A DNA stretch of 64,000 bases from the NCBI GenBank assembly GCA_040754335.1, contig JBFMCV010000003.1, positions 47,356 to 111,355 on the forward strand. The letters are read 5' to 3'. Shown piece by piece: positions 19,675 through 29,321 of the stretch (position 1 is the first letter of the stretch; each line of letters opens with the position of its first letter). The stretch is from Thermodesulfobacteriota bacterium (GTDB lineage: Bacteria; Desulfobacterota_D; UBA1144; Nemesobacterales; UBA2774). Both the position numbers and the translations under genes were made by a program. A model generated the notes under the pieces. The model saw nothing but the letters and a program-made list of their open reading frames with translations, was not told where the DNA came from and made no database searches.

Positions 19675-21564
19675 ATGCCGACAGAACATACGGCGCAAAG
19701 AAAAAGCGCCGAGGATTGTCAACGAGTTAAATCTCCGATACAGGCATATCTAGAGCGGCTTCACGCAAAGTGCTCAAAGCTGCAAGATGGACAGATCGCT
19801 ACCTATATCCCCGAGCTATCCAAGGCGGACCCGAACTGGTTCGGCATCTGCATTGCAACCACAGACGGTCGGGTCTATGAAGTCGGCGATACGCGTCAGC
19901 CATTTACGATACAGTCGATCTCCAAACCGTTCGTATACGGCATAGCTCTTGAGGACAGAGGCATCAATACGGTGCTCGGAAAGATAGGTGTTGAGCCTAC
20001 AGGCGACGCTTTTAACTCGATCAGCCTGGCTCCCGAATCCGGCTGTCCGTTCAACCCTATGATCAATGCCGGCGCAATCGCCGCGACATCCCTTGTGGTT
20101 GGCGATTCCAGCGATGACAAGATGCAGCGCATTTTGAGAGTTTTCTCGACCTACGCTGGACGCGAGCTTTCCATTGATACAACTGTCTACAAATCGGAAA
20201 AAGAGACGGGCCATCGCAATCGAGCGATTGGTCATATGCTGCGCAACTTTAATATACTGAACGAGGATCCCGATATAGCCCTCGACCTCTACTTTCAGCA
20301 GTGCTCAATTTCAGTCGATGCTCGGGATCTTAGCCTTATGGCGGCCACTCTGGCGAACGGCGGGGTTAATCCGCTGACGAAGGATCGAGCAATAAGTGAT
20401 GAGTTCCTCGAAAACCTTATGACCATCATGACAACTTGCGGAATGTACGACTACGCCGGCGAGTGGATGTATTGGATCGGCATACCCGCCAAGAGCGGTG
20501 TCGCAGGGGGAATTATGGCGGTTATGCCAGGTCAGGCCGGGATCGGAGTATTTTCGCCGCCTCTAGATGCACGGGGGAATAGTGTCCGCGGGATCGAGGT
20601 TTGCAAGAACCTTTCGAGGGATTTTAACCTCCACTGCCTTCGCGTTCCGCGCTCCTCACGATCTGCCATCCGGGCTCAGTACGATATCTCCAAGATTAGA
20701 TCCAAACGGCTCCGCGGTGAGCGTGATTCGGAGATTCTCGATAAATCGGGCACCCGGGCAAAAGTTTATGAGCTGCAGGGGGACCTTGTTTTTTCGACCG
20801 TCGAAGTAACTGTCCGCAGGATTGTCGATGCAAGCGATACCCTGGATATCGCCGTCATCGATTTCAAGCGAGTCACAAATATAGAGGACTCGTCCGCCCA
20901 GATACTGCTCGAATTAATCAGGACTTTGGGAGTTAACGGAAAATTCCTTTTATTAGCGAGCTTACAGCAGAGACACTCGAAGTTCATAAGATTCCTGCAA
21001 GAACAGCTTACGAACGACGATCAAGAGAGAACCTGGCTACGCATATTTCCCGATATGGATATCGCAATAGAATGGTGCGAAAACCGTTTGATTGCAGGTC
21101 AACGCCTCGATGACGGCTCTCATGAGGTGAAGCTGGCGGAGCATGACCTCTGCCGCGGACTTACGACGGAAGCCGTAGCGTTCTTGGAAACTATACTTAA
21201 GAGAAGGCGTTATGAACCCGGAGAGCTCATAGTTCGAAAGGACGATCCGGCTGATGAAATCTACTTGCTCATGAGCGGTGAAGTGAGCGTCAGGATCGAC
21301 CTTCCCAACGGCCAAATCAAACGGCTTTCGACCCTTTCTCCCGGTATGGCGTTCGGCGAAATTGCCGTCATAAACCGCTCCGTGCGATCAGCAGACGTCC
21401 ACGCTGATAAACACGTAGAGTGCTATCTACTGTCAACGGCCGCATTCGAGGAGCTTGGCGAGACAAATCCCATGATCAAAATGACGCTTCTCCAAAATCT
21501 GTTACGCAATTTCTCTCGGATGCTTACTATGGTTGAGCGGGAAGTCACTACGCTCGCTTGGTGA
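19675..21564 (+). CDS. glsA: Glutaminase A fused to STAS and cyclic-nucleotide-binding (CAP-family) domains
   Basis: Glutaminase motifs (KPFVYGIALE, NPMINAGAI, SGVAGGI). STAS-like region (YELQGDLVFSTVE...). C-terminal cNMP domain with FGEIAV...RSADV (the PBC RSA motif). RBS AAAGGGGG upstream. Confidence 0.75.
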   Translation: MPTEHTAQRKSAEDCQRVKSPIQAYLERLHAKCSKLQDGQIATYIPELSKADPNWFGICIATTDGRVYEVGDTRQPFTIQSISKPFVYGIALEDRGINTVLGKIGVEPTGDAFNSISLAPESGCPFNPMINAGAIAATSLVVGDSSDDKMQRILRVFSTYAGRELSIDTTVYKSEKETGHRNRAIGHMLRNFNILNEDPDIALDLYFQQCSISVDARDLSLMAATLANGGVNPLTKDRAISDEFLENLMTIMTTCGMYDYAGEWMYWIGIPAKSGVAGGIMAVMPGQAGIGVFSPPLDARGNSVRGIEVCKNLSRDFNLHCLRVPRSSRSAIRAQYDISKIRSKRLRGERDSEILDKSGTRAKVYELQGDLVFSTVEVTVRRIVDASDTLDIAVIDFKRVTNIEDSSAQILLELIRTLGVNGKFLLLASLQQRHSKFIRFLQEQLTNDDQERTWLRIFPDMDIAIEWCENRLIAGQRLDDGSHEVKLAEHDLCRGLTTEAVAFLETILKRRRYEPGELIVRKDDPADEIYLLMSGEVSVRIDLPNGQIKRLSTLSPGMAFGEIAVINRSVRSADVHADKHVECYLLSTAAFEELGETNPMIKMTLLQNLLRNFSRMLTMVEREVTTLAW

Positions 21565-21645
21565 GTCACGAGTTTGTACCAGAACAATCATTAGGTTTTA
21601 TCCGTACAGGTCAGTCGCGGTAAAAATAAGAGAGAGGGGTGGAGA

Positions 21646-24600
21646 ATGAAGAGTAGGCGTTCCCATATCCTGTGTTTTGTTATGGGTACAAGTTTTTTGT
21701 ACGCATATTTGTATTCCCATGCCACTTTCGCGGAAACATGTGAAAAACCGGTTGCAAAAGTGGTCTCAGTTCAAGGAACCGTAGAGGCACAAAGGGCGGG
21801 CGAAACGCAGTGGCAAGAAGTAAAATTAAACGACACATACTGCCCGGGAGACAAGATCCGGGTGCAGGAGAAAAGCCGTGCCGACGTAACGCTCCTCGAG
21901 AAGTCGGTAATCCGTCTAAATCAAAATACCACGATAACGCTCGAAAATGTGAAGGAAGAACGGACGAGTGTTATAGACATGATCAAGGGAGCCGCTCATT
22001 TCTTCAGCAGTGGTCCAGACAGCCTTGAGGTACATACACCGTATACGACTGCAGGTGTCAGGGGAACGGAATTTCTCGTAAGCATTGAAGACGATAAGAC
22101 CTTGTTGTCGACATTCGAAGGTACAGTCGTGGCATCGAACGATGCCGGCAGCCTGACGCTTACCGGCGGCCAGTCAGCAATTGCCGAGGCGGGGAAGCCC
22201 CCGGTGCTCAGTATCGTGGCGCGTCCTCGAGATGCCGTACAATGGACACTCTACTATCCGCCCGTCCTTTATCTCAGTCCCGATGAATTTCAATCCGGGC
22301 CGGGCTGGGAAGGCATGGTTCGTAAATCCATCGAGCTTTACATAAGCGGGGATATTCAGGGAGCCTTCGACAGTATTAAGGATGTGCCTGAGGATGTCCG
22401 CGATCCGCGTTTTTTTACCTATCGGGCCTCACTGCTCTTGGCGGTGGGCCAGGTTAATGAAGCAGATGCCGATATCGAGCGCGCGCTGAGGCTCGACCCC
22501 AAATATAGCGACGCCTTCGCGCTTGAAACAATTATCTATATTGTAGAGAACGAAAAAGACAAAGCCCTTGATGCCGCAGAAAAAGCCGTGGAAACGAATC
22601 CCGACTCCGCCACGGCAGAGATCGCCCTTTCTTATGCACAGCAGGCAATGTTTGACCTGAAAGGCGCTCGAACAAGCCTTGAAAAGGCGGTGCAGCTTGA
22701 TCCTCAAAACGCGCTTGCGTGGGCACGGTTAGCAGAGATCTGGGCGTCATTCGGCGATCTAGGCAAAGCGCTCAATGCGGCACAGGAGGCCGTAGTCCTT
22801 GAGCCGAATCTCTCGAGGACGCAGACAGTTCTCGGCTTCGCATATCTGACCCAGGTCGATACAAAACAGGCAAAGGATGCATTTGAAAAAGCGATCGCCC
22901 TTGACCAGGCCGATTATCTCCCGAGGTTGGGCCTTGGTCTGGCGAAGATCCGGGATGGCGATCTGCACGGCGGCGGGAGGGAGATTGAGATTGCAGCAAG
23001 CCTGGATCCAAACAACTCAATTGTCCGCAGCTATCTGGGCAAGACCTACTTTGAAGAGAAACGCACCAAGCTGGATGTGCGCGAGTACGAAACCGCTAAA
23101 CAACTGGACCCCCTGGACCCGACACCATGGTTCTATGACGCGATAGCGAAACAAACGACGAATAGGCCGGTTGAGGCTCTCCAAAACATGCAAAAATCCA
23201 TTGAGTTAAACAACAACAGAGCTGTTTACAGATCGCGTCTGCTGCTCGACTCGGACCTGGCCGCACGCAGTGCCGGCCTGGCACGTATCTATACAGATCT
23301 CAGCTTCCAGCAGCTTGCCCTCGTTGAGGGATGGAAATCCGTTAACATTGACCCCTCGAGCTTTTCCGCACACCGGTTCCTGGCTGACTCATATGCTGTT
23401 TTACCCCGACACGAAATCGCCAGGGTGAGCGAGCTGCTGCAGTCACAGCTGCTTCAGCCCATCAACATCACGCCGATTCAGCCCCGGCTCGCGGAGAGTA
23501 ATCTATTTCTGATCTCCTCCCAAGGACCAGGCTCTGTCTCCTTCGATGAGTTCAACCCGCTTTTCAACCGCAACCAGGTAACCCTTCTGACGAGCGGCCT
23601 GGTTGCCGAAAATGAGACATGGGCCGGAGAAGGCGTTGTCTCGGCCATATATAATAAGGCCAGCTTCAGCGGGGGTTACTCATACTTCGGCACGGACGGG
23701 TTTAGAGAAAACGACGATCAGAAGGATCAGATCGCAACCGCCTATCTCCAATTGGAGCTCACTTACAAAACAAGCATTCAGGCTGAGTACCGCTATAGAA
23801 ACACAGAACTGGGAGACCTGGCACTCAGATTCTTTCCGGATGACTTCCTCCCAGGCTTGAGAAACAAGCAGGAAAGAAACTACTTCAGGGTCGGTGGACG
23901 GCACGCATTTTCCCCGGGTTCGGTCCTCATCGGCAACTTTACATATCAAAATGCAGATTTTAATTTGACGGACAAGCTTAGTTCCTTTGACGCGAAAAGA
24001 CCGGAAGACGCCTATAGCGCCGAGGCCCAACACCTGTTCCGTTCTCAATACATAAATCTCGTTAGCGGCGCGGGCTACTTCGATGTAAACGGAAGGATCG
24101 ATACGACTATAACGATTGATATTCCCCCGCCCGACGGGCCAATAATTGCTCAATCCACAACAAGTACGGACCTCCAGCACCTTAATATGTACATATACTC
24201 ATACTTGAACCCCATGAACAATGTGACGTTCACCCTTGGGGCAAGTGCCGACTTCCTGAGCGGCGACAGTCCCGATGTCGGGGATAAAGACAAGTTCAAT
24301 CCGAAATTCGGTATAACCTGGAATCCGATCCCGTCTACGACTTTACGCGCTGCGGCGTTCAGGGTGTTAAAGAGAACGCTGATTACGGACCAGACCCTGG
24401 AGCCGACCCAGGTCGCCGGCTTCAACCAATTTTTCGATGACGTCAACGGAACTGAATCATGGGTATTCGGCGGGGCTATCGATCAGAAATTCCCGAAGGA
24501 TTTCTTCGGTGGCGTACAATTTACAAAGAGGGATCTGGAAGTTCCGTTCCTGGATTTTACAGCCGATCCAGAAAATCCTCCGGTCCGGAATGAGGACGTC

Positions 24601-25035
24601 GACGAATATCTGGGTCTAGCCTACCTCTTCTGGGCTCCGCATCCATGGCTCGCGTTAAGAGCACAGTATTTATTCGAACGATTTGAGACTCAGGGTTTGA
24701 CCGACCAGCCGAAAGAGCTGACTACAAATCGTGTCCCCCTCGGGGTCAACTTCTTCCACCCTTCCGGATTGGGCTCTAATGTGACAGTGACTTACCTTAA
24801 TCAGGACGGGGATTTTCTGTCGCCGGACGGTGACGGATTTGTGTCAGGCGAAGATAACTTCTGGATCGTCGATGCAGCGGTCTATTACCGTCTGCCGAAA
24901 CGGTACGGTTTCATCACGGTAGGAGCGACGAATCTCTTTGACCAAGAGTTCAATTATTTTGAGGTAGACGTCGATAATCCGCGCATACAGCCTGGAAGGG
25001 TGTTCTATGCACGGGTTACACTGGCGCTTCCATAA
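21646..25035 (+). CDS. Large secreted protein with N-terminal FecR domain, TPR repeats and a C-terminal region resembling an outer-membrane beta-barrel
   Basis: Signal peptide. FecR-like segment (TVEAQRAGETQWQEV...AGVRGTEFLV). At least 6 TPR-like repeats (AFALETIIY..., ALSYAQQAM..., AWARLAEIW...). The C-terminal ~600 aa has alternating hydrophobic/polar beta-strand character with aromatic-rich ends. Confidence 0.55.
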   Translation: MKSRRSHILCFVMGTSFLYAYLYSHATFAETCEKPVAKVVSVQGTVEAQRAGETQWQEVKLNDTYCPGDKIRVQEKSRADVTLLEKSVIRLNQNTTITLENVKEERTSVIDMIKGAAHFFSSGPDSLEVHTPYTTAGVRGTEFLVSIEDDKTLLSTFEGTVVASNDAGSLTLTGGQSAIAEAGKPPVLSIVARPRDAVQWTLYYPPVLYLSPDEFQSGPGWEGMVRKSIELYISGDIQGAFDSIKDVPEDVRDPRFFTYRASLLLAVGQVNEADADIERALRLDPKYSDAFALETIIYIVENEKDKALDAAEKAVETNPDSATAEIALSYAQQAMFDLKGARTSLEKAVQLDPQNALAWARLAEIWASFGDLGKALNAAQEAVVLEPNLSRTQTVLGFAYLTQVDTKQAKDAFEKAIALDQADYLPRLGLGLAKIRDGDLHGGGREIEIAASLDPNNSIVRSYLGKTYFEEKRTKLDVREYETAKQLDPLDPTPWFYDAIAKQTTNRPVEALQNMQKSIELNNNRAVYRSRLLLDSDLAARSAGLARIYTDLSFQQLALVEGWKSVNIDPSSFSAHRFLADSYAVLPRHEIARVSELLQSQLLQPINITPIQPRLAESNLFLISSQGPGSVSFDEFNPLFNRNQVTLLTSGLVAENETWAGEGVVSAIYNKASFSGGYSYFGTDGFRENDDQKDQIATAYLQLELTYKTSIQAEYRYRNTELGDLALRFFPDDFLPGLRNKQERNYFRVGGRHAFSPGSVLIGNFTYQNADFNLTDKLSSFDAKRPEDAYSAEAQHLFRSQYINLVSGAGYFDVNGRIDTTITIDIPPPDGPIIAQSTTSTDLQHLNMYIYSYLNPMNNVTFTLGASADFLSGDSPDVGDKDKFNPKFGITWNPIPSTTLRAAAFRVLKRTLITDQTLEPTQVAGFNQFFDDVNGTESWVFGGAIDQKFPKDFFGGVQFTKRDLEVPFLDFTADPENPPVRNEDVDEYLGLAYLFWAPHPWLALRAQYLFERFETQGLTDQPKELTTNRVPLGVNFFHPSGLGSNVTVTYLNQDGDFLSPDGDGFVSGEDNFWIVDAAVYYRLPKRYGFITVGATNLFDQEFNYFEVDVDNPRIQPGRVFYARVTLALP

Positions 25036-25112
25036 TCGGAACAAATGAGCAAAGGCGGGGCGATTTTGTCAATGAGATGCAGAAAGGTAAAACACATAAG
25101 GAGGTTGTAATC

Positions 25113-25832
25113 ATGTTGGAGAGATTAACGCTGATTTGCCTGTTAGGTATGGTTCTCTTCCCGGTATTTGGGACTGTAGCCAGTGCGGCGACATGTCCTT
25201 CAGGTTATACGTATAAATGTCCGATCATTGGGGGGACAAAATGCTGCGCGTGCTGGAAGACGGGGAGCGAAATTTGTGACGCTGAAGTCACCGGATTGGG
25301 CAACATTAAAAACTGCGTCCCCGGTGTGAATTGCCCGGTCGTGACATGTTCTGTCTACGGTACAGTAGATTTAGGAGACGGATCGTGCGACCCCAATACA
25401 TTAGACCCTGACTGTGGCATCCAGGGCATCGCATATTGTGTAAACCCGGCAGGTAATTCTTCACAATCCCAGGGAAATCCATTTACTCTAGAGACGGTAC
25501 TTACTGGTGTAGCTGATATCGAGAAATGCGACAAGAATGGCAAATGTCAGAGGTCAGTCGAGGTCAATCCGGAGGATTGCCCGGACTGCTGCATAAATCC
25601 AAATTGGCAATTCAAAACTTTTACGGCCACACAATTCAACGGAGAGGTTTGCGTATGCCCCGGCGGGTACTCAACTGGAGGAGTTTGTTGCGCAGATATT
25701 GCACGACAACTTGACGGCAGTTGTGCGACAGCGGGCGATGAAGTCTGCCTCGCACAGCAATGTACTGCTGATTTGACAGGATACAAACCTGGGAGGAGCA
25801 TACCGTATAATTGCACCGACCTGCCGCAATAA
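25113..25832 (+). CDS. Secreted cysteine-rich protein (about 34 Cys in about 215 mature residues), hypothetical
   Basis: ATG at 25113 preceded by a perfect AAGGAGG. Signal peptide LICLLGMVLFPVFGTVASAA. Many CC, CxC and CxxC motifs. Confidence 0.6.
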   Translation: MLERLTLICLLGMVLFPVFGTVASAATCPSGYTYKCPIIGGTKCCACWKTGSEICDAEVTGLGNIKNCVPGVNCPVVTCSVYGTVDLGDGSCDPNTLDPDCGIQGIAYCVNPAGNSSQSQGNPFTLETVLTGVADIEKCDKNGKCQRSVEVNPEDCPDCCINPNWQFKTFTATQFNGEVCVCPGGYSTGGVCCADIARQLDGSCATAGDEVCLAQQCTADLTGYKPGRSIPYNCTDLPQ

Positions 25833-25948
25833 GTCGTGGCAGCGTGACACTGTGAGTCGATGCAGTTTGAGCATATACGGATTCCGTCGAGTATAGTCCG
25901 CGTAACAGATTCAGACCGCGGGTAACTTCTCTATCGACGGGTGTGCCT

Positions 25949-28219
25949 ATGAGATTATCTCTTAAACCCCTTTTCTCGATCAATCCTGTTTCTCTGACTC
26001 TAGGCACAATCCTGGTTGTTATAGTGCTCTTCCTGGCAAGAATAACGATCCTCGACCTTATCGAATTGAAAACTTACGACCTCCGATTTCTAACTCGCGG
26101 GCAGTTACCATCCTCCCCGGCGGTCGTTATAGCAGCCATAGACGAAAAAAGCCTAGATAGCGAAGGGCGCTGGCCCTGGCCCAGGTCCAAGATCGCCGCT
26201 CTCGTGGATATCCTTTCTCAAGACGGAGCCAAAGTGATCGGTTTTGACATCGGTTTCCTGGAGGCGGATGAGAACTCACAGCTTGCGTTGATCAATCAAT
26301 TTAGTCAGAAAGTAGATGCTCAATATGGTAAAAACTCACGGCTGGCCAGCTTCATACAAGAAAGCAAAAAGCGAGCCGACAACGACACGGCCCTGGCCGA
26401 AGCCATAAAAAAATCGTCCGCGGAAGTAGTTCTTGGATACTTCTTTCATATGAGTGAAGCCGACCTTGATTATAGTATCGAACAGAGCGAGATGGACAAA
26501 CAGCTTGAACGCATCAGTGATTCAAAATACCCTTTCGTACTTTACGAAGAACAGGGAACAGATTCCGTGCCCTTTATTAAAGCCTATGCGCCCGAGAGCA
26601 ATCTCGAAATTATCACCGAAGCGGCAGCCTCTTCGGGCTACTTCACCATGCGAAGTGATCAGGACGGTGTCCTCCGCTGGATGCCGCTCACTATACAGTA
26701 TGGCGAGGATTTGTTTCCTCCTCTGGCGGTCTTGTGTGCCTGGCAGTACCTGGGCAAACCTCAACTGATGGTTAAGGTCGGGCGATACGGAGTGGAAGAG
26801 ATACAGATGGGAGATCGTTTCATACCGACTGATGAAAGCGGTCAACTGCTCATTAATTACCTAGGCCCTCCAAAAACCTTTCCTCATCACTCTGCCAGCG
26901 ATATTCTGAGCGGCAAGTTCACTAAGGGAACTTTTAAAGATAAAATCGTGCTTGTTGGGGCCACAGCCACTGGCATCTATGATCTGAGGAACACACCCTT
27001 CAGCCCCTCATATCCCGGTGTGGAGGTTCATGCCAGTGTCATCGACAACATATTGACACAAAATTTCATCTCGAAGCCCAGATGGTCGAGGATTTACGAC
27101 CTGCTCGCCATAATTATTCTGGGAGTTCTCATCGGGATCGCCATACCGCGTATGAGTGCACTTAAAGGGTTTTTGTTTGTCGCCGGACTGATCATCTTAT
27201 ACATCTCCGTGGTACTGTGGCTCTTCGTCAGAGCCGGAGTGTGGCTCAATATCGTCTATCCCCTGCTGACGCTATCAATGAGTTATATGGTCCTTACCGT
27301 TTATTATTATGCTACGGAAGAGCGGGAACGTAAGAAAATAAAAAAGGCATTCACTCATTATGTAGCACCCGTGGTAATCGAAGCCATGCTGAAGGACCCG
27401 TCCCAGTTAAAACTGGGGGGAGATGAGAAGGTTCTGACAGTCTTGTTCAGCGACCTTCAGGGATTTACTTCCGCATCTGAGCGTTATGCCCCTCATGAGA
27501 TGATCGTGATTCTGAGCGAATACTATGCCCGGATGACAGAACAGGTATTCGCACATCAGGGGATGCTGAAAGAATACGTGGGTGACGAGATGATGGCTAT
27601 TTTTGGCGCCCCTATTGATCAGAACGACCATGCGGAAAGAGCGTGCGCCGCAGCCCTGGCCATGCGGGATAATCGAAATACGCTGAACGAAGAGTGGGCC
27701 GAGATTGGACGCCCGCCCCTGATCGCCAGGACAGGGATCAACTCGGGCCGCATGCTTGTAGGGAATCTGGGATCCAAATATCGTTTTGCTTACGGCGTTC
27801 TAGGGGACCATGTGAACCTGGGCTCCCGTCTTGAGGGTCTAAACAAGGGTTACGGTACTGAAATCCTCATCGGTGAGAACACAGCACAGCTTGTCGGCGA
27901 TAAGTTTCTCCTGCGGGAAGTCGACATGGTGCAGGTGGTCGGCAGGGTACAGCCCGTGCGTATATATGAGCTCCTGGCCGCACACGGCACGCCACTGCAT
28001 CATGAGCAGGAGAAAGCATTCGGTTTCTATGCTGCAGGGCTGGAAGCGTATCGAGAACGGCAATGGAACGAAGCTCTTGGTATATTCAACAAATGCCTGG
28101 GGCTATGTCCCGATGACGGTCCATCACGAACAATGGCGGAGCGTTGTCAAATCTACCGGAAGACACCGCCCCCTGAAGAGTGGGACGGTGTTTTTGAAGC
28201 GATCCACAAATTCAAGTGA
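25949..28219 (+). CDS. CHASE2-sensor class III adenylate/guanylate cyclase with C-terminal TPR-like region
   Basis: N-terminal TM helix, a periplasmic CHASE2-like domain (about 330 aa), 3 TM helices, then a CYCc domain (VLFSDLQGFTSASE...VGDEMMAIFGAP...GINSGRMLVGNLGS...YGVLGDHVNLGSRLE). Confidence 0.8.
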   Translation: MRLSLKPLFSINPVSLTLGTILVVIVLFLARITILDLIELKTYDLRFLTRGQLPSSPAVVIAAIDEKSLDSEGRWPWPRSKIAALVDILSQDGAKVIGFDIGFLEADENSQLALINQFSQKVDAQYGKNSRLASFIQESKKRADNDTALAEAIKKSSAEVVLGYFFHMSEADLDYSIEQSEMDKQLERISDSKYPFVLYEEQGTDSVPFIKAYAPESNLEIITEAAASSGYFTMRSDQDGVLRWMPLTIQYGEDLFPPLAVLCAWQYLGKPQLMVKVGRYGVEEIQMGDRFIPTDESGQLLINYLGPPKTFPHHSASDILSGKFTKGTFKDKIVLVGATATGIYDLRNTPFSPSYPGVEVHASVIDNILTQNFISKPRWSRIYDLLAIIILGVLIGIAIPRMSALKGFLFVAGLIILYISVVLWLFVRAGVWLNIVYPLLTLSMSYMVLTVYYYATEERERKKIKKAFTHYVAPVVIEAMLKDPSQLKLGGDEKVLTVLFSDLQGFTSASERYAPHEMIVILSEYYARMTEQVFAHQGMLKEYVGDEMMAIFGAPIDQNDHAERACAAALAMRDNRNTLNEEWAEIGRPPLIARTGINSGRMLVGNLGSKYRFAYGVLGDHVNLGSRLEGLNKGYGTEILIGENTAQLVGDKFLLREVDMVQVVGRVQPVRIYELLAAHGTPLHHEQEKAFGFYAAGLEAYRERQWNEALGIFNKCLGLCPDDGPSRTMAERCQIYRKTPPPEEWDGVFEAIHKFK

Positions 28220-28452
28220 TATCGTTCCCGTTAGGACACCGGACTATTATCCGGGAATTCTAAAAGTTTTTATATTTGCGAGAATTCCGAAACTTATAAC
28301 TTAGAGCATCCTCTATATATTATTATCTTCTTAAGCGCCAGATCTCCCGAAGCTCTAATTCGAACTTAGAAAATACTTAGAAAGGCAAATTTGACGTGAC
28401 ATTTATCCTGTTTGTAAAGCAATTGCTATCGGCTATGATCATTCAACAAATC

Positions 28453-28538
28453 TGGCGGAGGGCGAGGGATTCGAACCCCCAAGTCCTTGCGGACGCCGGT
28501 TTTCAAGACCGGTGCATTAGCCGTTCTGCCAGCCCTCC
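28453..28538 (-). tRNA. tRNA-Ser (anticodon UGA), type II with long variable arm, CCA encoded
   Basis: Reverse complement: GGAGGGCTGGCAGAACGGCTAATGCACCGGTCTTGAAAACCGGCGTCCGCAAGGACTTGGGGGTTCGAATCCCTCGCCCTCCGCCA. 7-bp acceptor stem, G73 discriminator, anticodon stem CCGGT/ACCGG with loop CTTGAAA, T-loop GGTTCGAATCC. Confidence 0.85.
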
Positions 28539-28646
28539 GGGGGAATGAACGCTACTGGATATTAATATATGGTCTGGACGCCAGAAATACTACCGCGACG
28601 AAGCCGCTCAGGCAAGGAATGCGGACCATAGCATGAGACAATCGCG

Positions 28647-28856
28647 TTAAAACCCGGGGCTATCGAGGTCCTCAAACTTTCCGGGGCGGTAGAGATCAAG
28701 GGCTTTGGGATTGTAAGGACCGCCGTATCCATCACTCCTGCAATCACACGTGTTCTTGTCACACGGACTGCAGCCGCTCCCGGCCGGGCCGCTGACGGCA
28801 GCCCCGCATGCAGTTATGAACAGGAGAAGCAAACAAGGTATGACTAACCTTAACAT
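28647..28856 (-). CDS. Small Cys-containing lipoprotein, hypothetical
   Basis: ATG at 28854-28856 with AGAAGG 5 nt upstream. Lipobox LLFITAC. CSPCDKNTCDC motif. Confidence 0.4.
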   Translation of the reverse strand: MLRLVIPCLLLLFITACGAAVSGPAGSGCSPCDKNTCDCRSDGYGGPYNPKALDLYRPGKFEDLDSPGF

Positions 28857-28961
28857 GGTCACCTTCTGTTATTGTAAAGGTGCCTGAGATCGATCCGGTT
28901 GTCGACGGGATATGGACGAATTCGGGGCAAACAGTCCAGGGATATGACCGAACTGACAGGT

Positions 28962-29321
28962 TTAAGCCTTCTTTGCATATTCCGACATGCCGCTGATGTC
29001 GATCACCACCACAGGCTCGCTGCCGACAACCCATGCGTCGTGCCCCGGCGGGAGGTATGATACGTCACCAGGCCCGAATACCGCCTCCGAGCCGTCGTCC
29101 ATTTTAACAGCCAGGCGCCCGGAGACATGGTACTGCGTATGCGGAGCCTCGCAGCTTTTCGTATTGGCCAAAGGCTTCACGCTGTCGGACCACTTCCACC
29201 CCGGCTCTAGGGTCGCACGGCCGAACGTTATGCCCGCGAGAGTAACGAGCTCGAGCTTACCCTTGGGGAAGGAGCGTAATTCGTCGGGAGCGTCCAGGTT
29301 CTTCTTTTCCATCTTCGCCAT
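28962..29321 (-). CDS. Cupin-domain protein (cupin_2-like)
   Basis: 119 aa; the pattern GxxHxH...G...PPGHDAW is partially present (HTQYH, PPGHDAWVV). Confidence 0.5.
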   Translation of the reverse strand: MAKMEKKNLDAPDELRSFPKGKLELVTLAGITFGRATLEPGWKWSDSVKPLANTKSCEAPHTQYHVSGRLAVKMDDGSEAVFGPGDVSYLPPGHDAWVVGSEPVVVIDISGMSEYAKKA

